Assembly (NCBI GenBank): GCA_001599295.1
Contig: BCGN01000004.1
Span: forward strand, 438,138 to 502,137
Length of the DNA stretch: 64,000 nt
Direction: 5' to 3'
Source of the DNA: Sporopachydermia quercuum
Lineage: Eukaryota
Part shown: piece after piece, positions 38,401 through 45,169 of the stretch
How the letters are laid out: every line of letters starts with the position of its first letter
Numbering within the stretch: position 1 is the stretch's first letter
Translations under genes and position numbers: made by a program
The notes under the pieces: generated by a model
Database searches by the model: none
The model's input: only the letters and a program-made list of their open reading frames with translations
Told to the model about the DNA's origin: nothing

Positions 38401-39785
38401 CGAGCTAGGTCTCCTGACAGTGCTTCACAAAGAGCAATTGCCCGAGAAACAGGATAAATAGTGAACCGAAGTTTTTTCAGATGAGTGAAAATATCGGAAA
38501 TGGCAGTTTCTGTGGCGGAGAAAGTCGGAGCAGCCAAAAGCTCTTCAATAGGGAAATCTCGGAGAAGCTGGTTGTAGCCTTCTGCTCGAGTAATAGCCTC
38601 GGAAATTCCCGTATCGGATAAAAAGCTTATTGTTGAGTGGAACCGTTTACCCTGTTTTAGGACATCTAAAGTTAATTTGATACTTGGATCATTGAGCCGA
38701 GCTTGCAGTGTTTGTAACGCTTCTTCAAGGGCAATCCAGAAATGGATTTCGGAAGCTGCGGAGTCATCGTCGGCATTGCTGCGATCAAGCCGAGATATTT
38801 GCCGAGCCGATTTGACCCAGATGTTAACGGATGTTTGAAGGTTATTAAGAAACACCGGATCGGATATAAGATCATCCGCTACGGAGGAAACCGGAATAGA
38901 GATATCCGAAGATACAAATTGAGTTTGGGATTGAGACTGTGATTGAGCCTGTGCTTGTGTTTGTGTTAGTGCTAGACGGGAGTTTTCGGCATAGTAAGAT
39001 TCTACGACAGATCTAATAGTAGGATTCACATGCGACAGTAGGTCTGGAACCGATATTCTCCGTTCTAACGATTGTAGAGCCAACGCTAATTCCGTGATTT
39101 TCCTTCGAGCTGCTTTTGTCCCCGAATTTGTTTCTTCTGTTGATTCCGATCCCGTCGTTGTTCCCGTTCCAGTTCCAGCGCCGGCGCTAGTTTGCTTCAC
39201 CGAAGCTTCTTCCGATAATATATCAAAATAAGGACCTAAGCCGAAATTCACCATGGACTTCAATAAATCATACGGGGAATAAGATAGATCGGATGTTTGT
39301 AGATTACTCGGAATGTTGAAAATCTGCATCTGCGTTTCTAATGGTTCATCCGAATAAATCGGTGCGGAGCCTTTGATTATAGCTAACGCTATTTTGAACA
39401 GGTGAGGCAAATTATGCTGAACGCTATAGTGGAGCTCGGCTCTCTCTTCCGGCTTTTTGCTTTCCGTCTCCTCCTCTTTATGTTTTATTATGTACAATAC
39501 CGATGCTGTGGTCTCTTTAGCGAACACTGAACAAAAATCCACATTTTCTAACCATTTGGTGTCACCAGTAGGATCGGAAGAATGAGTAACAAATCCACAT
39601 TTAACTAAATCGCCATTTTGAGCTTCAAGGAACACTTTGGTCCACATGACGATCGTTTTAAGTAAATCGGAACCAGATATAATGTTTCGGCTGTTTCCAG
39701 TATTCTCGGGATCGGAATTGGATTCCTCCAGCCGGTTTTCATCCCTTGGCAATTTTCGCGCCGTTAGCGGTTGCTCAATATCCAT
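26430..39785 (-). CDS. DYN1: Cytoplasmic dynein heavy chain (4451 aa, no introns seen)
   Basis: Walker A motifs GPAGTGKT (AAA1), GPSGSGKT (AAA2), GPPGSGKT (AAA3) and GESHTGKT (AAA4); CFDEFNRL, HYDFGLRAVKSVL, FPRFYFVGNEDLLEILG, LIVFCDEINLP; stalk/MTBD ELRSMANPP...VNRASKACGPL. Confidence 0.98.
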   Translation of the reverse strand: MDIEQPLTARKLPRDENRLEESNSDPENTGNSRNIISGSDLLKTIVMWTKVFLEAQNGDLVKCGFVTHSSDPTGDTKWLENVDFCSVFAKETTASVLYIIKHKEEETESKKPEERAELHYSVQHNLPHLFKIALAIIKGSAPIYSDEPLETQMQIFNIPSNLQTSDLSYSPYDLLKSMVNFGLGPYFDILSEEASVKQTSAGAGTGTGTTTGSESTEETNSGTKAARRKITELALALQSLERRISVPDLLSHVNPTIRSVVESYYAENSRLALTQTQAQAQSQSQSQTQFVSSDISIPVSSVADDLISDPVFLNNLQTSVNIWVKSARQISRLDRSNADDDSAASEIHFWIALEEALQTLQARLNDPSIKLTLDVLKQGKRFHSTISFLSDTGISEAITRAEGYNQLLRDFPIEELLAAPTFSATETAISDIFTHLKKLRFTIYPVSRAIALCEALSGDLARKLSELLAQSGISHLGYSEYSQTVAQVQPVFRTWDKCAKEFTNMAREILRKRAEKFIFVRIRARHSELQDRLEYFSDFRKRHQQLLDTLIAAQQQVHQAHQVTIHAPEVPDLVVQLQEAYSLVEPVDILDLSQEGLRKWSTAEAQYKSRVAQVEISVIATLRSALGKARNADEMFRVFSRFRTLLARPAIRGAVAEYQTVLLANVKQDIKVLHGQLDFPEKTLIMGQLHGIPAAAAQIGWLQQLDSRLDGIVTRLELILGTNWPNYAEGKTLNNEITNLKAALRPESRFQEWQSKHSGKYFPLSSPILAIRKSSDKKFRIHPNFDSIYINLVSEARNLAWLGFQVPHNIISTSRTVAKLLPTYLGLSDGFRVLWQALKACDELSIGKILLDPVMQTVLSLLKEVASLSWDSIIGGVSTSRSIVGGEITGTETEATEAELVLKLLSLMFTLHEHFQYVDSEVLRINSALQAIGDVNTELVVVKEKISELTEEILSLSRIGIKAEAVVQFTLELNLKLASQLSSRXITQLSNWCEELWAKKDNSTAXDSVISTEIVISENSVNLVPSIQSIRVKLIREVQNIVQTVTQLQKLRIPGNFTSGINKAENFSQLETNLSPSITKCYMEIDKICHDLTSCFQEWKQFQTLWDLNFETLFEELGTNVSKWLSVVAELRKARLRLDTLELGQRIGRIRISYEQIAGRVALKYDSLQAAIVAQFGTIVSEVARKFCSEIKPALKSISYRTIDASRVFETAETVAEVFRIESQLPTWENEAQLLRKSYSVLSRNRYRFNSEWIYPEHTDSLVQNVKGEILGKKQTISEKLGLITQKFNSETQTLSEKVGDLHVQWNSDKPINADLTSAQALEVLVFFKSEADSLAAKIRLLSSVATQLTLSIPAIPSLSDILDEISELQAVWEELDGISTRLSDLKAEVFTLIPIRDIRTKLENIQAELRNVSNSVRQYSAYGNLSESVKILLKTLPILTLLRTEALKQRHWNLIFKPQTPPPAQILTLNSVWQLDLLRHKNRISEIVAQAQGELILQESIAKMTNKWEETRFETIPNPSGLVPLVRGWDELFSACRDDLAELEAMRSSPYFHIIATEAREWTERLEKVAQLLDVWVDVQKQWVYLDRVLGSNSEVSRLQPRETTRFRTISSEWMAQQRNLLKAGNVIAAAEVLGIQEAAERARDALNRVQRALAEYLEKARAEFPRFYFVGNEDLLEILGTGNRTLGTEKHLGKLYPGISRVEEVEKGKVISVISPEGERIALKDVIDISQYANVAEWLGKLGETLSATIESEIGNALDKLYGIRQSETNWDWQNFLEWINSYPYQALLVALQIFWTQETENWLKMETGVAENGKAGAIDNVTQQFEDILKFLAEISHKKVKITENDTENEEYRSATNILNRKIETLVGEAVHQLGILRELRDSGDLSSHSLNSPNSYSYSWLKYQRFYYDASFPSCKRITISQLGHSIPYGLEYLGIPERLVYTKLTSDIFQAMVSALQLNMGGSPFGPAGTGKTETIKMLGQNLGRLVLVFNCDESFDFQAVGRILIGILRLGAFCCFDEFNRLNGKVLSAVSGHIEAIEFGLSENLAETDIKLMGQTFKSNRYSGIFITTNPGYAGRSELPENLKKLFRSFSVKSPDKETIAEVVLTGLGFLTGLKLSKIIVPFFGALEARLSEQKHYDFGLRAVKSVLGYCXSLRKEFLTGNGNGDSDIESSNAAEYVPQLELELVAKSIDDTIAPKLTEADLAVFNQLTEEYFPKQEILTETTSQFEQTLLQLCQTEHLIPAPQFTWKAIQLSRIHKLYTGLVLVGPSGSGKTAIGSLTLKSLAETLNLDPVIIRLDAKIIGKEHLFGKLDSTTREWTDGIISSLVRRVRENVRREAQQLIWVLFDGDIDPDWAESLNSVLDDNKTLTLANGERLPIPANIKFVFETDSLSYATPATVSRCGMIFIGNGTVTEDMRVAQYWKRLETEELEFQDGTEARKEVVTFFIEEAQQIITGDFLNRVLRYSIENLSHIMDTNRINNRYIDSFFAFVTKFLKNFVKFYSTKPNFVAQQASKLYSGRATLLALIWAYSGDCDFSNRRKLAAFLLAQSELEQFFPSEAELAELAIFQPSEGTEMATNTATATANSILDFELTPSGSFKSWSRNIPKLNLNSASLADPSIVIPTLDTARHEDLLFGMISEHKPVVLCGPPGSGKTMTLMNAIRKEPGLELLSLNFCKETNAESLIKVLEQKCRYRKTPNGEFKLHPENPGVWLIVFCDEINLPQTDKFGTQHVISFIRQCVAQQRFWSPRHKSWVWLNHIQFVAACNPPSDIGRIPLAPRFLRHTSIIFVDYPETPSLRQIYQTFNEAVLRSEPDLRGFVXNVTEAMLGIYTRCKTEFSAVVQPHYIYSPRELTRWVRGLDRVLSQLGSFEPNGDLGSTLSVNINFLVRILTHEARRLFSDRLITSSEKLECGSIIFSVLQREFPGVPIPKSSDELLFSDYMSGVYSEVSSEALRDFISQRLAVFSEEEVQTNLVLFPEFLDHILRVDRVLRQRQGHVILMGESHTGKTTVARFVAWLNGLSLRELPHYSGFGLTQFDQFLRTVLFQAGVSGTRVCLLIDESGISESAFLERMNTLLANSEIPGLYLGEEYSALITACRESALSRGLLIDSEEELYRWFTEQISENLHVILTLSGEGNNKPNAKANGNENAEPGNSTETSAINSSIASSPALLNRCVVNYTGTWSLAALRIVAKELVSSVALQSPKQESEADFRTFIEDAIVTIHQRNQHLNADLGGAYSGTISATPGEFLAFLATFTTELTSAESQARETQNHLHTGLRKIRDTTAKVNFLRRHLATQETELSLKAQEAQQTLTHMISEQNEAERKQEASHEIRKLLEKQEADLSVRQQEVLSELSRAEPAVKAAEAGVLNIKKQHLTELRSMANPPEAVKLTLEAVVTLLGFKPNSWREIIGIIRAEDFIPNIVYFNCEKQLTLAIRAEMVRNFLPRKEFQIETVNRASKACGPLCAWVRAQVTYSEALQQVGPLRAEVDDLERVARDNQAKLKAVEEMITELEDSIRSYRDNYSRVIAESERIKGEISSIQDKVNRSESLINSLKAETDRWAETLKEADNNTETLAGDCILKAAFKVYAGSADEPGRKKMEKMWRQELKLRSIPIRSITLNVDQMLASGDIAEWRKHGISVSTIAVENYYIMAEPPKYPLIVDPSGAASEFLTLRHNLISPDKPLTLSSFQDPNLLKHVENALRFGGTLILNHAEILDAVISPILAKEYRYVGGRRLVRLGAREIDVSDQFQLYLITNDQYAKWPQFITSRATIITFSVSPGSLASEASDRALAEFFPEVETQKRTVFVKLSEYSARLTKTEKDLLQQLNISEGNLLEEDKVAETLAELKSEAERVTEKKTEAESLIESLKAVSDKFRDFGVIVGKIFRVLQRIESLNGWYKFSIKWIKVVLDKVMVQAREQGLNGKSREDSESLARLFIVETFKQATSAVLHHHRSVLAGCLILSFGSAQSGTYIRDLVHESLNKMSEGSFGKDWLVNADVRFKQVESGDNNEDKDISEIMQTIFFDLAKPEIEVLEILWHLSVIYNNSGNNPEIVNGVSEMLYKKLSILTQSPIDELEHYPLPILVESYLNSETPLVLCSQQGFDASSAIETLAEAKGKRLEIAALGTSETLITAETGLKNAARNGTWLLVQNVHMWPSWLDNLTKLGSTVNSEFRLFLTSDLGFKEMPSTILQNCRVYMFENARGIKASMKELVLSTGLIRSEISREFNSQTGNNGPIEKKFICFLIAWFHSLVTERLNYVPLAWKTEYEFNDSDVYCSTRLITRLIDETAGKKAHLTPEAIPWDYIANLIGSILYGGKITDGEDLRFIRDLSDQIFRSEAFGAEFNLVENKFTSSLTQHVIPPESKHSFDDYNTWIYNLPDHEPITWLGLPENAENEILRLQDRKTIEFIAEVLPRDDENEDEDEEQQGNEEASLEE

Positions 39786-41194
39786 TATGAATCAGTTGTA
39801 AGATATTGGTTTTGGATCTGGATTTGGATTTGGACCTTGTGATAAATTATGTCACTCTTATCAGGAATAATCAGATTAATGATACAATACTGAAATGACG
39901 ATAAGAAGCAGTTGGTACTAACTGTGGTACCAATTGATCGTAATAATAATAGTAGTCACACTAGGAATACTAGCAATACTATTGATGGTACGTTTGTAAT
40001 GGCGATGATTTGGTGTTAGTGTCAACAAATGAACTCACAAATACGTCAATTGCTGATTGATGACGGAAAATGGTGTTTGCGTGACTAGCTGTTCTCGCAC
40101 CTATTTGACTCACTGACGGGTGGTTTTTTTAGTATCTGCTGATAGTTTTATTGTCACACTTTCATCGGCAGATGTGTGGTAATAGTATTCGGGGTAATAG
40201 TATTTGATTGAAGAATGGGGATTCTGTATACTGAAGGGCATTGAAGGATGGGAATTTTCTCGTGTTCGCGTGGGATTATAATTTTGTACCCTAATTGGGA
40301 AACTATGCAGGAAGTTCGCATAAGATTTCGGAGTTTGATGATGCTGACGGAAATGAAGTAGAAATAAAAGTTAAACCAAAGCAAATTATACATATTATAG
40401 GATTAAAGGGGCGAGAGACCCACTAATTATTTTGATATATCTTTATGAGCTTTATAATACTTCTCATATGTAAAAAATAGTATGCATAGAATGAGATGAG
40501 GAAAACAGTTAAAGTTCGAAAGTTTTCTTAAAAATCTGAACTTTATTTCTATCGATAAGCAATGGTTTAATATATCTAGCTTGATTTAAATCTAAAGTAG
40601 TATCTTTATGTTATTTTAAAGTAATTTATGGTTTACTATGATGATTTACCATAAAATTATTACTTTTCTACAATTGAATACGAAATATCTCATCTATATA
40701 CTCATCGAGGATGATTTCATAAGAAAGTTCGCTCTTATTGCTGCAAAAATCTGTAAGTACATGTATGAATAGCATATGTAAAATCCAGTGAAGGGAGACA
40801 TAATGTACAGGCAACAAGATAAGATATTACCATTGAATTTAAGCAAATTGTAAATTAGAGGTGTATCCTTTTTAACAAGTATNATCGAGTACGAAGAAGG
40901 TTTTCTGGGCAAATTAGAGAAAAATTTGGCAATAATTCATTGTCAATTCCGTTTCATCGCATTACATAATCACGAAAGTGGGCTCTCACGTATAGCTTCC
41001 GACTACTACAACTTCTAATATACTTCCTTTACTGATACTAGTACAAACCCTCAAGAACTTCCAGCCAGATTCAATTAAATTGGTTTCTTCCAAAGCATCA
41101 AAATCAAGATGGCATTTATTTCGACATATTCACATGCAATTGCCATACATTCAGTTACATTTTGTGGTCACCGATGAGCGGATTCTTCATCCAA

Positions 41195-41204
41195 ATCACG
41201 TGAT
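41195..41204. promoter_or_regulatory. ATCACGTGAT palindrome (Cbf1/bHLH E-box) in the divergent DYN1-SRO7 intergenic region
   Basis: Perfect match to RTCACGTG about 360 bp upstream of the SRO7 ATG; single site, function not shown. Confidence 0.4.
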
Positions 41205-41567
41205 CTAGTGTATCTATTCCGGAGACTATCCTTTTTATGCCTTCTCCGCTTTTATTTTTATTAATTACAGTTGTGTTTTGCTTGAACGTAGCAAACAGCT
41301 GTATCTAAAGATGCTTTGTCCAACAGTATTGAAATTGTCTGGTTGACCGGTTGATTGAACATGTGATTGATCGATTGTTAGAGCGTGTGTTAATGTACAT
41401 TCAGTTGGACGTATTAAGTAACAATTTGGTTATAATTGAATACCANTTTTAACTCTTGTTTGATTTGGATGTTTTCTGGAAACATCGTTCTGGTTCTTTA
41501 GTTGTTGCTCGTTTGTTTATCGGTTTTCAGACATTGGATCCTATCGTAGTACTCGAAACTATACCTA

Positions 41568-44500
41568 ATGTCGGGCAAAAAGGTATTCAAATCAGTAGCA
41601 AACGCTATAAACTCCATTGGTGAGTCTGACGTTTCAGTAGGTCTGTCGTCAAAGAGATTTGAGCTAGATGATCTATATCGCTATGGTATTGATGGACCTA
41701 TAGTTGCTATCGCTTATGATGCCATCCAATCGTTAATTGCAGTAGCCACAGCTGGTTCTACTTTATATGTCTTGGGACAACAACATGTTAGAGTGGAATT
41801 CAAACTTGACACAGCTTTAATCACCAATGTGGCATTCGTCAAAGGTGTATATTTAGTTTGTGCTGATGTTAAAAACACAGTAACAGTATTAAGTGTTGAT
41901 TTGAAAAGAAAAATTAGCTCTTTCGCATTACCTGGACAAGTGACCAGCTTTCATTGTGATCCAGCTATTGAATGGGTACTATTTGGATTACATAGTGGAC
42001 AAGTATACTTCTTTGACGTTACCACATGTCAAGGATCAGTGTATAAGATTGACAATCTTCAGAGAAGAGTGTTAGGACCAAGGGCTATGATATCACCAAT
42101 TGTCTCGGTATCTTATCATCCTCGTGATCCCGGCACAATTATACTGGCATATGACTCGTTTGCTGCTGTGTACTCATTGGCAACAAATGAAGCTGTAAAC
42201 ACATTTGTATATACTACGTCATCAGGTTCTTCACCATCTATTACTTCCGCTTCCTTTCACCCTAGCGGCTCCCATATTTTAACCACACATTCTGATGGTT
42301 CAATGGTATTTTGGGACCCAGTACAAGCTGTCTTACTACAAGCTCGAACTCTGTTTGATGTCAACATTAACGAGAAACCTGATGATGAGTCAATGAAACA
42401 TGCTATTATAAAGGCATCTTGGGTTTGTTTTGGTAATCCTGATCACACAGGATTGATAATTGCTTCTCAAGATATGTCAACTGGTTGCTGTGCTTTGAAT
42501 TTTTTGGAATTTGGATCAACTCCTCCTTTGGTCACTACTTCGTATCAGAAAATGGGCCTTTTTTATGCTTATCCCAAGACTCAAAAAAGAATTGAGTTCT
42601 CTGAGTCTCAAATCATTGTTGATGTGTTGTTGATCCCCAAATTATTTCCTTTCTTTGGTGGTGGCCTTGATCCTTCAGCCGCTATGTGTCTATTTTCCTC
42701 AGGTGAGATTTCTACTACTTCGTTNCCCCAGTTCACAATATTAGTGAATCCTGCTGTTCTACCACCAGTGTTTTCTTGGTTCATGTCCAGAGTAACATCT
42801 ATTGAGGCAACCCCTGTGAGAAGAACTCAATGGATTGGTATGCTCACAGCATCAACTTCTCCCATCACTGAGGATAAAATTTTGCTGCAAGGAGGTGCGC
42901 CAGTAGTGACAAAACGTAGACAACGGGAAACTCGTACTGCTTTACTGCTGGGACATGAAAATGGCGTTGTGACTGTTTGGGATGCAGCCCATTCTGAATT
43001 AAAAGATGTCACCTCTNTAAGTGCATATTTAGGGCCGTGCCTCAACAGAACAAATGATATATCCGTGATAGCAACNTCGTTTGCTCCAGAAAATGCAGAT
43101 TTGACTGTGGCTTGTTCTGGTGGTGAAACTGTTCTATTCAGGTTTGGTCGTAATACGAATTACAACGGTTCGTCAATGGCTGATATTAACCAGTCATTTA
43201 CTAGCCATAGACCGGATACATCTTTGGGTTTATTATCACCTGTCACAAACCGTGCTTTACCACCAGAAATCAAGGACGGATTTGTACCTACAACTATAGT
43301 TAATCCAGGTCCTGGTGTACATGTCACTTGTCTTAAGACAAGTAATATTGGATTCATAGGTATAGGATATTCTACTGGCAGAATTCTTATTGTCGATAAC
43401 AGAGGGCCAGGAATTGCTTTGGATGCTAATATCCATGATTGTTTTGCAGNAAAATCATCGTCATCAAAGCTACCTTTCAGAAAAAACAAGAAGAGTGCTC
43501 ATCAACAAACTGGCCATTCAGTGGTCACTTNGATTGATTTTTCTGTGTTTGCGTTTGAAGGTGAGAGTTATAGTAGTATTGTCATGGCAGTTGGAACGTC
43601 ACATGGCGAAGTCGTATTGTTTAAGATACTTCCGCTTGCTAGTGGAGCATTTCAAGGAAGCTTGGCATTCTCAATAGCAGCTGATAACAGTAAAGTTATA
43701 GAGNTTTCAAGTTATAATCCAACTGATGGAAGTCCTGTTTTCGCTCGTATGAATGTGATGGAGCAATTGAGTCAAGGAATAGTGATTCCTGGTGTCTTAG
43801 CAATAACTACCAACAGCGGTGTGAAAGTAATTAGAGCAACAACTTCAGGATTGAAAATAATATCAGAAAAAGATGTCGGTTCAACTTGTGGTAAAGTTCT
43901 TTCTTCTGGCCTGTGTACTATCAGATTAGAGAACAGGCTGAGTAGCTGTATGGTATTACTACTAGAAAATTCTCTGTTTAGGATTTATTCACTACCCGAA
44001 TTGAAAGAAATAAGTTCGATTACACTACCATTCATAATTGATCCTAGAATAGCAGAGAACACTACAATTATCAATTCTGGTGATGTAATTTTGCCTTTGA
44101 ATCGTGTTGAAGCTGCTTTGCTTTCAGTAGTTGGAACAGGTATTAAATACACTGATTTCCGCACTGATGAATTATACGATATCGTGAAAGAATTCCCCGG
44201 CAGACCTACGTTTTCTGCAATTCAGAGAGCTAAAGGATTCAAGTACTTTTCTATGGAAGAATTGAATAATTTACTAGCAGGTCCTGTGAGAAGGAAACCG
44301 TTGAAAGTATTCAAAGACAGAAGTGAGCAAGAACTAGCAGCTTTAAGGCCTAGACCTTCCAGAACCAACACAGGAGGATCTGCAACAAGAGGTCGGCAAC
44401 AGCCTGGATATCTCGATTCTGTAAATAAAACAGCTAATAATTGGATGCAATCAGTTTCTGATTCTTTGAATGACATTTCAGAAGGATTGAATGACAATAT

Positions 44501-44570
44501 GGAGTCTACTTATAGTAGTGGGCAAAATACTATATATAAAGAAATGTTTAAAAGCAAGTTTGGATTTTAA
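41568..44570 (+). CDS. SRO7: Lethal giant larvae/tomosyn family WD40 exocytosis factor (Sro7/Sro77)
   Basis: RYGIDG..AIAYDAIQSLIAV, FVKGVYLV, YHPRDPGTII, FHPSGSHILT.HSDGSMVFWD, GHENGVVTVWDA, SNIGFIGIGY.TG, IVDNRGP. Confidence 0.92.
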   Translation: MSGKKVFKSVANAINSIGESDVSVGLSSKRFELDDLYRYGIDGPIVAIAYDAIQSLIAVATAGSTLYVLGQQHVRVEFKLDTALITNVAFVKGVYLVCADVKNTVTVLSVDLKRKISSFALPGQVTSFHCDPAIEWVLFGLHSGQVYFFDVTTCQGSVYKIDNLQRRVLGPRAMISPIVSVSYHPRDPGTIILAYDSFAAVYSLATNEAVNTFVYTTSSGSSPSITSASFHPSGSHILTTHSDGSMVFWDPVQAVLLQARTLFDVNINEKPDDESMKHAIIKASWVCFGNPDHTGLIIASQDMSTGCCALNFLEFGSTPPLVTTSYQKMGLFYAYPKTQKRIEFSESQIIVDVLLIPKLFPFFGGGLDPSAAMCLFSSGEISTTSXPQFTILVNPAVLPPVFSWFMSRVTSIEATPVRRTQWIGMLTASTSPITEDKILLQGGAPVVTKRRQRETRTALLLGHENGVVTVWDAAHSELKDVTSXSAYLGPCLNRTNDISVIAXSFAPENADLTVACSGGETVLFRFGRNTNYNGSSMADINQSFTSHRPDTSLGLLSPVTNRALPPEIKDGFVPTTIVNPGPGVHVTCLKTSNIGFIGIGYSTGRILIVDNRGPGIALDANIHDCFAXKSSSSKLPFRKNKKSAHQQTGHSVVTXIDFSVFAFEGESYSSIVMAVGTSHGEVVLFKILPLASGAFQGSLAFSIAADNSKVIEXSSYNPTDGSPVFARMNVMEQLSQGIVIPGVLAITTNSGVKVIRATTSGLKIISEKDVGSTCGKVLSSGLCTIRLENRLSSCMVLLLENSLFRIYSLPELKEISSITLPFIIDPRIAENTTIINSGDVILPLNRVEAALLSVVGTGIKYTDFRTDELYDIVKEFPGRPTFSAIQRAKGFKYFSMEELNNLLAGPVRRKPLKVFKDRSEQELAALRPRPSRTNTGGSATRGRQQPGYLDSVNKTANNWMQSVSDSLNDISEGLNDNMESTYSSGQNTIYKEMFKSKFGF

Positions 44571-45169
44571 GTGATGTTTGAATGAATGATTAGATGCTTG
44601 GATGATTGGATAATTAGGATTGAAAATCAATGAATGGATGAATAATGATTTTATGTTGAATGAATTATACACGTAGTGCTTTATGATGTGTGTTATTGAT
44701 GGTAAAAATATAAAATTAGTATTGAAAATGATGAAATGTGAAACATGAAGTCATTCTTCATTAGGTCATAAGCTAGAAAACAGTTAGTAACAAGAACTGA
44801 TAAGACAAGTTTCAGTAGTTATAAACTATTGAATATTGTTACTCTGTTAGCTGTCAAGCTGGCACAGATTGGATTGNTATCTAAGTAGTACCAAACAGTT
44901 AATTAATCAACGTTTCAAGTTCATTCTATCAGAGAATTAAAATGTGAATGTGAAATGTGATTCCTCATTACAAATAACAAATACTAGCATAGGAATTGCA
45001 GATTTAAATTCATCATCATTCAAATAAACCCAAGAGATTGTTTAGAGTGTGTTAATGGTTTATGATAGTGTAGCAACTGATTGATCAATGGACAATTAAT
45101 GACAACTTACTTTGAAGATGAAACGTGCTCTGCACTTGTGTTGGTGTGTGTCTATGGACCAGTAATTGA

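Noticed and set aside
28009..38942. Many antisense or alternate-frame ORFs inside DYN1 (also in SCW4, the TPR gene, CFT2 and the GPI gene)
   Set aside because: Shadows of long coding genes and repeats, with no independent protein motifs
41195..41300. CDEI-like TCACGTG as part of a point centromere
   Set aside because: No adjacent CDEII/CDEIII arrangement, and the lineage (complex I present) is not expected to have point centromeres
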